The translations under genes were made by a program, and so were the position numbers. Source: Candidatus Omnitrophota bacterium (GTDB lineage Bacteria > Omnitrophota > Gorgyraeia > Zapsychrales > JANLHA01). From it: a DNA stretch of 32,000 nt. The stretch's first letter is position 1, and every line of letters starts with the position of its first letter. Location of the stretch: contig OY759724.1 in the NCBI GenBank assembly GCA_963662715.1, positions 3,240,001 through 3,272,000 on the forward strand, in the 5' to 3' direction. Below are positions 1-7,788 of the stretch, in pieces. The notes beneath the pieces were generated by a model that was not told where the DNA came from, ran no database searches, and saw nothing but the letters and a program-made list of their open reading frames with translations.

Positions 1-506
1 TCCCTGCCTCTGAACTGGAAATACTGCCCTGGCAAACCATATCTCCCATGATGCAGCAATGGATAGAATTTGACAACGCTTTTATTTGGATCATCGTCAT
101 CGTCGTCATGATTGTTGTCGCCATCGGCATCCTCAACACCGTTCTCATGGGCGTCTTGGAACGAACCAGGGAGTTTGGCATCCTGCTGGCCTTAGGAACT
201 CATCACAAGCAAATCGTGGCGATGGTGGCCTGGGAATCCGTCTTCCTGGGGATTATCGGCAGCCTTTGGGGCCTGGCCTTAGGAGTATCATTAAGCAGTT
301 ATTTCGGGAAAGTCGGTATAGATTTATCCTTATTCACCAGCGCCCTCAACTCATTTTATATGGACGCTTTTATTTATCCGGTCATTCATATGGGTTATAT
401 ATCGGTATCTGTGGCCCTGGTTTTGTTTACAAGTATCCTCGTGTCAATCTATCCGGCCTGGCATGCGGCCCATTTAAAACCCGTTGATGCTATACGGACT
501 ATTTAG
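1..506 (+). CDS. ABC transporter permease, FtsX/LolCE-MacB type (C-terminal part; 5' end outside window)
   Basis: Frame 3 is open from nt 3 with no stop (PASELEILPWQTISPMMQQW...), so the listed ATG at 48 is internal. The C-terminal FtsX-like pattern is present: TM helix, LERTREFGILLALG motif, then two more TM helices. An ABC ATPase gene follows 9 nt downstream. Confidence 0.8.
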   Translation, partial: PASELEILPWQTISPMMQQWIEFDNAFIWIIVIVVMIVVAIGILNTVLMGVLERTREFGILLALGTHHKQIVAMVAWESVFLGIIGSLWGLALGVSLSSYFGKVGIDLSLFTSALNSFYMDAFIYPVIHMGYISVSVALVLFTSILVSIYPAWHAAHLKPVDAIRTI

Positions 507-515
507 TCTTTTATT

Positions 516-1190
516 ATGGCTCTTATAGAAACAAAAAATCTCAAAAAAGTCTACACGATAGGAAAAAACATCAGAGCCGAAGCTCTGCGCGGCATCAACC
601 TGCAGATTACGGAAGGGGAATTCACGGCCATTGCCGGCCCTTCCGGTTCGGGGAAATCTTCCCTGTTAAATATCATCGGGGCTTTAGACACCCCCACAGA
701 AGGCCTTATCCTTCATGACGGGCAGGATGTCAGCCAGAAAACCCCGAAGCAACTAGCCTCCTTCAGATTACGGCATATCGGATTTGTCTTCCAGGCCTAT
801 AATCTTATCAACACATTGACCGCTCTTGAGAATGTTGAATACATTATGCTGCTGCAGGGCGTCAGCTGGCATACCCGCCAGAAACGCTCGAAAGAAATAC
901 TAAAACGCGTCGGGCTGAACGACTACATCCACCGGTTCCCTAATGAGATGAGCGGGGGACAGCAACAGCGGGTTGCGGTGGCCAGGGCCATGGCCGCTGA
1001 ACCGCGCATAATCTTGGCTGATGAACCCACGGCCAATTTAGATTCAAAAACAGCACAGGAATTGCTGAATCTTATGCTAGAATTAAACGATGAAAAAAAG
1101 ATCACCTTTGTTTTTTCAACTCACGACAGCCTAATCATGGAACGGGCCAAACGTCTCGTAATCTTAAAAGATGGAGTCATTGTCTCATGA
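516..1190 (+). CDS. ABC transporter ATP-binding protein (LolD/MacB-like)
   Basis: Walker A GPSGSGKSS, Q-loop FVFQ, signature MSGGQQQRVAVARA, Walker B RIILADEPT, H-loop STHD. 224 aa, the typical size. Confidence 0.92.
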   Translation: MALIETKNLKKVYTIGKNIRAEALRGINLQITEGEFTAIAGPSGSGKSSLLNIIGALDTPTEGLILHDGQDVSQKTPKQLASFRLRHIGFVFQAYNLINTLTALENVEYIMLLQGVSWHTRQKRSKEILKRVGLNDYIHRFPNEMSGGQQQRVAVARAMAAEPRIILADEPTANLDSKTAQELLNLMLELNDEKKITFVFSTHDSLIMERAKRLVILKDGVIVS

Positions 1191-2335
1191 AAAACTTTCT
1201 TTTGCTGGTATCCGTATTAATATTAGCCGTGACAACGGATGTTTTTGCCGAGGACTCAACGGACACTTTCAGTCTGAGCGGTTATTATAAAGCGCTCGTC
1301 GTCGGGAGCAAATCCCTGGCGACCAAGGAAAACATTTTTGCGGCGACCAACCGGCTCAGGCTGGAACTTAAAGCGCAAAAAGACCCTTGGCAGTTTTATT
1401 TGACCATTGACAACGAAGCTATTATCAATGACTTCGCCAATACGGCAGATTTCGCCTTTATCCGCTCACGCACCCAGGACAAAGTCGCGGCTATCGACGC
1501 AGACGTTGTTTCGGTCGACAACGACCATTTATACCTGAAACATTCCATCTACCGGGCTTTTATCAAATATTACACGCCGGAATTTCAGGCGGTGATCGGG
1601 AAACAACTCATCGATTGGGGACGTTTGAGGTTCTATTCTCCGGTCGACATCTTCAATTCCGTAGGTCCCGTCAATCTGGAACAAGACGAACGGATCGGGG
1701 TCGATGCCATCAACCTCAATTATTCCCCGGAGGCCTTCGTAGGCATCAATCTTGTCGCCGCTCCTGACAGCAAGGATGAAAATGCCAGCGGAGGGCTCAA
1801 GATTTATAAAACAATCTCGACATATGACCTGGCCTTGCTGGCGGCCTCTGTCCGTAAAGATCAGATATACGGGTTCTCCTTTGACGGCTACATTAAAGAT
1901 GCGGGATTCCGGGGAGAATTCACCTATACGGTTCAAGATGACAAACGGGAATTCCCCCGGGCAGCCCTGGGGATCGATTACCGATTCAATCCAAAATGGT
2001 ACACCCTTGTCGAACATTTTTATAACGGCGGCCATGATGACAACGATCCGGCCGCAGTAAAGTCTTCTTACACGCTCTCACGCAAAGTCGTATCCTTAAA
2101 GAGCCAGCTCAGCGGCCTTTGGATTCAGCATAACCTGACCCCTCTCCTGGATATTAACCACTATACGGTTTACGACTGGGACGGAAAAAGTGTCGTCCTT
2201 AATCCTGAAATCCAGTACGACGTAAATAAGAATACGGACCTGCGCCTTGGGACACAGCTTTATTTTGGACGATCCGATTCCGAATTCGGCGAGAGTGAAC
2301 ATGTTTATTACGGGGAATGCAGCATCTTTTTTTAA
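1187..2335 (+). CDS. putative outer-membrane beta-barrel protein (signal peptide, C-terminal aromatic residue)
   Basis: ATGA stop/start overlap with the ABC ATPase gene. N-terminal signal peptide MKNFLLLVSVLILAVTTDVFA|ED. Alternating amphipathic, Y/G/D/N-rich sequence. Terminal ...ECSIFF resembles an OMP beta-signal. Family not identified. Confidence 0.5.
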   Translation: MKNFLLLVSVLILAVTTDVFAEDSTDTFSLSGYYKALVVGSKSLATKENIFAATNRLRLELKAQKDPWQFYLTIDNEAIINDFANTADFAFIRSRTQDKVAAIDADVVSVDNDHLYLKHSIYRAFIKYYTPEFQAVIGKQLIDWGRLRFYSPVDIFNSVGPVNLEQDERIGVDAINLNYSPEAFVGINLVAAPDSKDENASGGLKIYKTISTYDLALLAASVRKDQIYGFSFDGYIKDAGFRGEFTYTVQDDKREFPRAALGIDYRFNPKWYTLVEHFYNGGHDDNDPAAVKSSYTLSRKVVSLKSQLSGLWIQHNLTPLLDINHYTVYDWDGKSVVLNPEIQYDVNKNTDLRLGTQLYFGRSDSEFGESEHVYYGECSIFF

Positions 2336-3753
2336 TAATGAATTTTATCGAGAAATATTTCCGGCGCTGGAAACGGGATAAATATATTCGTCTTCTGACT
2401 CATTCAGACCCTGAATTAATTGTCGCCTACGGTCAGGACCGTGTTCTTCCGGCTTTCCGCAAAGCAGCCGCGCAGATGCCCGCCTACAGGAAAATCCTGG
2501 AGGCACAAGGCGTTGAGCCGCAACAGATAAACAGCCTCTCGGATTTCCAAAATCAGGTGCCGGTCATCGCCAAAGAAGACCTTTTTCCCGTTTATCAACT
2601 GCAGGAGTTGGTGGCCGAAGGCCAATTTGATCAACTGGCCTCTGTTTTGGTCAGTTCCGGCTTTTCCGGACACCCCTCGTTTGGAATCGTTTCCAAACGA
2701 GAAGAAACTCAGGCGACTTTCCTCATTGATATTATTCTGGATTATCTCTTCCAGACAAGCAGGAAGAAGACCTTTTTGTTAAACTGTCTTCCGATGGGGG
2801 TCAAGATTCCTACGTGTCTCCCCCACTCTGAAACCAGTGTGCGCACGGATCTCGCCCTCTCGGTCATAAAAAAAATCCAGCCGTCCACAGAACAATTCCT
2901 CATTATCGGGGGACCTCACTTTTTAAAGAAACTGGCCGAGGATGGCATCCAACAGGGGCTGAACTGGCCGGCATTGAATGTCAACTTTATTCTGGGATCC
3001 GACTGGTTCTCCGAAAGCTACCGGTCCTATATGGCTCAATTATTGGGCATTGATTTTAATCACCCGGACAAAGGCTACCTGGGGGCCAATTTCGGGATAA
3101 CGGAATTAGGCCTGTCTCTCTTTCACGAAACGATAGAAACTATCCGGCTGCGCCGGGAATTACAGCGGAATCAGCAGCTCAACAGCCAGTTATTCGGCAG
3201 AACAATCAGCGTTATTCCCGAGCTCCTGGTTTATTATCCCAACCGTTATTTTCTGGAAAGCTTGGAGAACCAGGACCTTATTTTTTCAATGCTCGATCCT
3301 GACTCACTGATTCCCCTGATACGCTACAATTCCGGAGATACAGGGGACCTCTACCCGCATAACCGGCTGAAGGATATTTTATCCAAAGAAAACCACGAGG
3401 ACCTCCTGCCGGAACTTAAACTTCCTGTGGTGGCCCTGAAAGGCCGTTCGGGAAAGGTCCTCTCCATTGAGGGTAAAACCGTTGCCCCCGAAGAAATTAA
3501 ACAGGGCTTATACAGCGATTATGAAGTTGCTGCCTTAACCACAGGATATTTCAGGATGAGTGAAAACAAAAACATCGGACAGGTTGAAATCCAGTTAAAA
3601 AAGAATATTATAATCACCCCGGAACTAAGACAAAAGTTCCGCAAGGCCCTTCTTAAATATACACAAGCGGATATGGAGATCGTGATCTACCATTATCAGG
3701 ATTTCCCTTATAACATGGCCTTAAATTATGAAAACAAATTCCTGGCCATTTAA
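2317..3753 (+). CDS. adenylate-forming enzyme, PaaK / coenzyme F390 synthetase / CapK-like
   Basis: 478 aa. The N-terminal region and the degenerate P-loop-like VSSGFSGHPSFG resemble the phenylacetate-CoA ligase/F390 synthetase family. Alternative start ATG at 2338, 2 nt after the upstream stop. Neither start has a clear SD. Confidence 0.5.
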   Translation: MQHLFLIMNFIEKYFRRWKRDKYIRLLTHSDPELIVAYGQDRVLPAFRKAAAQMPAYRKILEAQGVEPQQINSLSDFQNQVPVIAKEDLFPVYQLQELVAEGQFDQLASVLVSSGFSGHPSFGIVSKREETQATFLIDIILDYLFQTSRKKTFLLNCLPMGVKIPTCLPHSETSVRTDLALSVIKKIQPSTEQFLIIGGPHFLKKLAEDGIQQGLNWPALNVNFILGSDWFSESYRSYMAQLLGIDFNHPDKGYLGANFGITELGLSLFHETIETIRLRRELQRNQQLNSQLFGRTISVIPELLVYYPNRYFLESLENQDLIFSMLDPDSLIPLIRYNSGDTGDLYPHNRLKDILSKENHEDLLPELKLPVVALKGRSGKVLSIEGKTVAPEEIKQGLYSDYEVAALTTGYFRMSENKNIGQVEIQLKKNIIITPELRQKFRKALLKYTQADMEIVIYHYQDFPYNMALNYENKFLAI

Positions 3754-3799
3754 ACCCTTCTTAACCCCAGGAATTTCATTAGCTTGAAAGGACACAAGC

Positions 3800-4603
3800 A
3801 TGTGGTCGGAGTCTTACGAACAATTGATAAACCGCAACATCGGGCTTATAACAAAAGAACAGCAAGACATCTTAAAAAATTCCTGTGTTGCCGTCTGCGG
3901 CCTGGGGGGCCTGGGCGGAACAGTCGCAGAAATATTAGCCAGGACAGGTGTGGAGTCCCTCAAAATCCTTGATCACGGCACGTTTGAGCCGACAAATCTT
4001 AACCGCCAGATATACTCCTTTATTGACACCAATGACCGGCTAAAAGTGGACGTGACGGAAGAATACTTAAAAAAAATCAATCCGGACATAGATATTAAAA
4101 AATTCGTGAATATCACCGAAGAAACGGCCCATTCCTTTCTTAATGGCGTTAATGTCGTTGCTTTGTGTGTCGATGCCCTTCTGCCTATCCTCATGCTCAG
4201 CCGGGCGGCCAGGGATTTAAAAATCCCTCTGGTTGAAGCGTGGGCTGTCGCTTACGGGAACGTGCGGGTCTTTACGGAAGAGACCCCTTCTCTCGAGGAA
4301 GCATACCAGTTCCCGACCATCGGCAGAGATATATCCAGCATCACGCCGGAAGAAGAAAGGAACCTGATTTTAAAATCGATCACCAGTATGTTCGTGCTGG
4401 AAGGCCTGCAGGATTTTTATCCCGAATCCGCTTCCAAACGTTTACTGGAAAAAGGCGAAGGCACCACATTAGCGCCTATGGTCTGGTTATCCTGTGTGAT
4501 GATGGCTTTTGAAGTCGTAAAAATCATCCTGCAGTGGGGGAAACCGGCTCTCGCTCCGGGATTTGCGGTTTATGATTGTGTTAATCATAGAATTCCGGAA
4601 TAA
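3800..4603 (+). CDS. ThiF/MoeB/HesA-family E1-like adenylyltransferase
   Basis: Rossmann motif VAVCGLGGLGGTVAEILARTGV, followed by LDHGTFEPTNLNRQ, which is typical of ThiF-family nucleotide binding. AAAGGA SD lies about 8 nt upstream of the ATG. Confidence 0.8.
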   Translation: MWSESYEQLINRNIGLITKEQQDILKNSCVAVCGLGGLGGTVAEILARTGVESLKILDHGTFEPTNLNRQIYSFIDTNDRLKVDVTEEYLKKINPDIDIKKFVNITEETAHSFLNGVNVVALCVDALLPILMLSRAARDLKIPLVEAWAVAYGNVRVFTEETPSLEEAYQFPTIGRDISSITPEEERNLILKSITSMFVLEGLQDFYPESASKRLLEKGEGTTLAPMVWLSCVMMAFEVVKIILQWGKPALAPGFAVYDCVNHRIPE

Positions 4604-4635
4604 AAAAGAGAACCTGCCGGGTAACGGACTGCTCT

Positions 4636-5526
4636 TCATGATAAAGATTTCAAAAGATCTCCGGCTGTTAAACTCTTTTTTTCAACGCCGTTTAATAAAG
4701 CCTCAAAATTCTTATGAAATATCTTCTGTTTAATCTCATCCGATAAATCCAGGCCATTAATACAGTCAACGAAATCTTTCATCCTGTGCGCCCTCTGACC
4801 AAAAGGCATCGGGTAATCCGTTCCGAAGATAAACTTGTCTTCCCCTATCCGTTCAATCAAATCCTTATTCAGAAGTTGTCTGATCTCATAAATATACGCG
4901 GCCGTATCAATATAGACATTCTGATTTTTTTCCGTGACCATAAAGGCCTCGTTGTGCCACAATGTGCCTAAATGCGTCAGCATGATACGCAAGTCAGGAA
5001 ACGCACAGGCCACTTGGTCCAGCAACAATGGATTCGCCTGGTCTAATTTAGCCAAGGCACCGAACGGGGTGGTTCCGATGTGAAAAACGACCGGGACATT
5101 GAGTTCGCTGGCTTTCTGATAAACCGGATAGACACGCTCGTCATTGGGATAAAAGTTCTGCAACGGCGGATGGAATTTAATCCCCTTCAGATTCCATTGT
5201 GTGACCGCCTGTTCAATCACAGACACGGCATCCGGACGGAAAGGGTGGACGGAAGCAAAGCCAATAAACCGTTCCGGGAACCGCCGGCAAATTTCGGCCA
5301 CATATTCATTAGAGGAATAAACAATAGGGGCTTCACAGGCGAATAATACGGTCTGCGAGACTCCGGCCTCATCCATCTGTTCTATAAGTTTCCGGGGATG
5401 CAATAACGGAAGTGTTTCGTCCAAATTCTTAAATACTTCCAGATCAAGAGAAATCTCCAAGTCGGGATTCTGCTGCAGCATCTTCTCTAATTCAATAAGA
5501 TGCACATGAGCGTTAATGATTTTCAT
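4636..5526 (-). CDS. metal-dependent amidohydrolase (Amidohydro_2/TIM-barrel hydrolase family)
   Basis: MKIINAHVHL... (HxH metal motif), later FHIGT, LTHLG and GTDYP motifs. The ORF track starts at GTG 5577, but ATG 5526 has a GGGG/AAAGGGG SD about 8 nt upstream and is preferred. Confidence 0.7.
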   Translation of the reverse strand: MKIINAHVHLIELEKMLQQNPDLEISLDLEVFKNLDETLPLLHPRKLIEQMDEAGVSQTVLFACEAPIVYSSNEYVAEICRRFPERFIGFASVHPFRPDAVSVIEQAVTQWNLKGIKFHPPLQNFYPNDERVYPVYQKASELNVPVVFHIGTTPFGALAKLDQANPLLLDQVACAFPDLRIMLTHLGTLWHNEAFMVTEKNQNVYIDTAAYIYEIRQLLNKDLIERIGEDKFIFGTDYPMPFGQRAHRMKDFVDCINGLDLSDEIKQKIFHKNFEALLNGVEKKSLTAGDLLKSLS

Positions 5527-5720
5527 AACATATCCCCTTTTAAACTGATTGACGGCCTGCTGCCGTGAGTGAACCACGGCTATGGTTTCATAAACACTTA
5601 GAGTGTATTATGGCCCAAGACATGAAGAATGACAATCTATTTCACCTGTTTTTTGCTCAAAAAACACAGATATACCGTACTTCATTATATAATAAAGTCT
5701 TTGTATTACAATAATAGAAT

Positions 5721-5750
5721 AGGGATGGAGACTCACGGTTCTCCATCCCT
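5721..5750 (-). terminator. third stem-loop downstream of the PEP-CTERM gene (11-bp stem agggatggaga/tctccatccct, 8-nt loop)
   Basis: Perfect inverted repeat 5721-5731 / 5740-5750. Moderately U-rich sequence follows on the minus-strand transcript. Confidence 0.45.
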
Positions 5751-5760
5751 ATTTATTTCA

Positions 5761-5795
5761 AAAAAAGGCAGGAGATATTATCTCCTGCCTTTTTT
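5761..5795 (-). terminator. canonical bidirectional intrinsic terminator
   Basis: A6 (5761-5766), 10-bp GC-rich stem ggcaggagat (5767-5776) / atctcctgcc (5780-5789), 3-nt loop, T6 (5790-5795). On the minus-strand RNA the hairpin is followed by U6. Confidence 0.85.
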
Positions 5796-5821
5796 AAGTG
5801 ATATGGCCAATCCTATCACTT
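5796..5821 (-). terminator. stem-loop immediately after the PEP-CTERM gene stop codon (8-bp stem aagtgata/tatcactt, 10-nt loop)
   Basis: Perfect inverted repeat 5796-5803 / 5814-5821, 9 nt downstream of the TAA at 5830-5832. No U-tract of its own. Confidence 0.4.
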
Positions 5822-5829
5822 TTAGGATC

Positions 5830-6654
5830 TTATTTCTTTCTTCTAAAACCAGCCAAACCTAACAAACCGGTTCCGAGCAATAACATGGATGTCGGTTCAG
5901 GAACAACTCTTCCTTCAATCGGGTCTTCGCTGTTTGCCAGCCAGCCAAAGCTGCCAGGAGCAACAGTGTCAAATTGACCGAAGAAATCAGCGTAGGAAAT
6001 GTTGCCTTCGTCATCGACTAACATATAGTCGTTGCTGTCAAACATATCAGCAGCGCTGCCGCCAATGACGACTAAATAGAAAGCACCGTCACCGGTAAAC
6101 GGCGTCGTTGTCGAATCAATATCATTATCATAAGTGATATGATCGTCTGTTGTATCGCCGTTACCAAACGTGATACCCGGAACAAGAGCTAGCCTTAAAA
6201 ACAACTCGCCGTCCGTGACTGTCGGGTAAGTGTTGCTTCCTGTTCTGTCTGTCGGACCACCTGTCGGATCAAAATCAGGGGTGTCATCAAGGTACAGGTC
6301 GATATAACCGCCAACTGATTGAATATTGAGTGATCCGTCAGAATTTACTGTCCAAGCATCATCGTCCAAGCCGTAAAAAATACCTGTTAATTCTTCACCA
6401 TCTTGACCGTCTTGCCAGAGCGTCTGCCCGGCATCCGTTTTGAGGGTGAAGACCTTGAAGATACTCCAAGCATCTTCTGTGCCGTCGGCATTGCCATAGC
6501 CATTGGAACTGCTAGTATACAGGGTGCCTGCGGTGTAATCGGAGAACTTAAACTCCACCTGCCCTGTATATCCGCCAAGGTCAAAGGCGTCTGCCGGAGT
6601 GCTGATAAAGGCAAGGCCTGCTATCAGCATTGTGATTAAAACAACTTTTTTCAT
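5830..6654 (-). CDS. PEP-CTERM sorting-domain protein (secreted, acidic D/G/T-rich exosortase cargo)
   Basis: Signal peptide MKKVVLITMLIAGLAFISTPADA|F. The C-terminus VPEPTSMLLLGTGLLGLAGFRRKK (nt 5833-5904) is a textbook PEP-CTERM: PEP, a Gly-rich TM helix, then a basic cluster at the extreme C-terminus. Strong SD GGAGGTAAAGG precedes the ATG. Confidence 0.92.
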   Translation of the reverse strand: MKKVVLITMLIAGLAFISTPADAFDLGGYTGQVEFKFSDYTAGTLYTSSSNGYGNADGTEDAWSIFKVFTLKTDAGQTLWQDGQDGEELTGIFYGLDDDAWTVNSDGSLNIQSVGGYIDLYLDDTPDFDPTGGPTDRTGSNTYPTVTDGELFLRLALVPGITFGNGDTTDDHITYDNDIDSTTTPFTGDGAFYLVVIGGSAADMFDSNDYMLVDDEGNISYADFFGQFDTVAPGSFGWLANSEDPIEGRVVPEPTSMLLLGTGLLGLAGFRRKK

Positions 6655-6867
6655 CCTTTACCTCCGTGTAAATTAATAATTATCTATTTATTATCATGTA
6701 AGAAGCTAGGTTCGAACTGATACTCCTTACGCCAAGTTGGAAATAAATTTCCTTAAAAACTCACCTGCCATGAACTGCTCTTTGCCCCCCTCCTTTCTTT
6801 CAACACTCATAACTGCTTGATAAACATCCACAAAAAAATCTGCTGAGTCCGGAACCAATGACCGATT

Positions 6868-7716
6868 TTATCGCGCCCCTTCTCCCGTAAAGACAACTCT
6901 AAACGTTCGCAGGAAAATCCGCACATCTGTCCACAGACACACTTTTTTGATGTAAAGAAGATCATATTTAATTTTTTTCTTAACATCTTCGATCGTTTCA
7001 TCATAACGGTGCCACACCTGAGCCAGGCCGGTGATACCGGGTTTGACAGCCAGCCGTCTTTCATATTCCGGAATTTTCTTTCTTAATTGATCCACGAACT
7101 CCGGCCTTTCAGGTCGCGGTCCGATAACACTCATTTCCCCTTTCAGGACATTAAAAAATTGCGGAATTTCGTCCATGTGGGACTTACGTAAAAATTTTCC
7201 GGCAGGAATGAGCCTGGGGTCATCTTTGGCGGCCCATACAGGACCTGTTTCTTTTTCCGCATTGACTCTCATTGTCCGGAATTTGTATATCTTAAATAAT
7301 CTTCCATCTTTTCCCACACGTATTTGGGTGAAAATGACAGGCCCTTTGGAAGTCAGCTTAATTAAAAGGGCCGCAAATAGAAATAGAGGAGATAAGACAA
7401 TAACCGCAATAATGGAGAGGACAAAATCGAAAGCCCGTTTGGCAATGTAATAAGTCTTTCGGACAAAACTAATAATCATCCCGAAAAATCCGCTGCCGAA
7501 CAAGGCTAAGGTGGATGGTTCCGGGGCTCTGGATTTCGGAATATCAGCCCGGTCCTCGATCGTCATCTGCTGATCGTTCAAAGGATAAATATCCTGTGTC
7601 CCTTTATAATCAATCAGGGTCATTGTGGCCCAGGCCGTGGTTGCAGCAACGGTGCTGACCAAAATAAGCAAAATAATAAGAGCTGCTTGTCTGATTTTCG
7701 TTCCCATTTTTATCAT
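6868..7716 (-). CDS. priming polyprenyl-phosphate sugar phosphotransferase (bacterial sugar transferase, PglC/WbaP-C-terminal type) with N-terminal signal peptide + PEP-CTERM-like extension
   Basis: Residues about 92-282 (AKRAFDFVLSIIAVIVLSPLFLFAALLIKLTSKGPVIF...FRTM...DEIPQFFNVLKGEMSVIGPRPERPEF...KPGITGLAQV) match the Bac_transf family. Residues 1-87 form an extra module (see the next feature). GAGG SD lies 10 nt upstream of ATG 7716. Confidence 0.85.
   Translation of the reverse strand: MIKMGTKIRQAALIILLILVSTVAATTAWATMTLIDYKGTQDIYPLNDQQMTIEDRADIPKSRAPEPSTLALFGSGFFGMIISFVRKTYYIAKRAFDFVLSIIAVIVLSPLFLFAALLIKLTSKGPVIFTQIRVGKDGRLFKIYKFRTMRVNAEKETGPVWAAKDDPRLIPAGKFLRKSHMDEIPQFFNVLKGEMSVIGPRPERPEFVDQLRKKIPEYERRLAVKPGITGLAQVWHRYDETIEDVKKKIKYDLLYIKKVCLWTDVRIFLRTFRVVFTGEGAR
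7456..7527 (-). other. internal PEP-CTERM-like sorting motif (residues 64-87: APEPSTLALFGSGFFGMIISFVRK) inside the sugar transferase ORF
   Basis: PEP tripeptide, an 18-residue Gly/Phe-rich hydrophobic segment and an RK cluster. It is preceded by a Sec-type signal peptide (residues 1-30, ...TTAWA|T; nt 7627-7716). Closely parallels the genuine PEP-CTERM of the neighbouring gene. Confidence 0.7.
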
Positions 7717-7771
7717 TTATATTAAACCTCACTAAGAAAGCGTTTTCCGCCGCTTTTCATACCCATTACGT

Positions 7772-7788
7772 AGCAATTTGCGTGCCAA
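7772..7788 (-). promoter_or_regulatory. sigma-54 (RpoN) -24/-12 promoter
   Basis: The minus strand reads TTGGCACGCAAATTGCT, an exact match to TGGCACG-N4-TTGCW with correct GG/GC spacing. The -12 GC is at 7773-7774, predicting a TSS near 7761. That gives a leader of about 45 nt to ATG 7716. Confidence 0.75.

Noticed and set aside
1529-2035. 168-aa minus-strand ORF inside the OMP gene. Similar antisense ORFs at 10790-11275, 27164-27640, 17299-17703 and 18830-19243.
   Set aside because: Each overlaps a longer ORF with clear family motifs on the opposite strand. No independent evidence for any of them.
4604-4635. Imperfect hairpin (agag...ccg gtaa cgg...ctct) between the convergent ThiF and amidohydrolase genes
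   Set aside because: The stem is interrupted by mismatches and bulges, and there is no clean U-tract. Too weak to annotate as a terminator.
6755-6770. Sigma-54-like element TGGCAG-GTGAG-TTTTT upstream of the PEP-CTERM cargo gene
   Set aside because: The -24 GG is present, but the near-invariant -12 GC is replaced by TT. Not enough to call a promoter.
6655-6867. Possible c-di-GMP (GEMM-type) riboswitch in the cargo-gene leader (GGGGCAAAGAGC / GGCGTAAGGAG segments)
   Set aside because: I could not recognise the conserved GEMM helices, tetraloop or receptor motifs. Only vague GCAAA-like fragments are present. It would need a covariance-model scan.
7722-7760. 12-codon upstream ORF (MKSGGKRFLSEV) in the predicted sigma-54 leader
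   Set aside because: Its ATG would sit at or within 2 nt of the predicted TSS, and it has no SD. Likely fortuitous.
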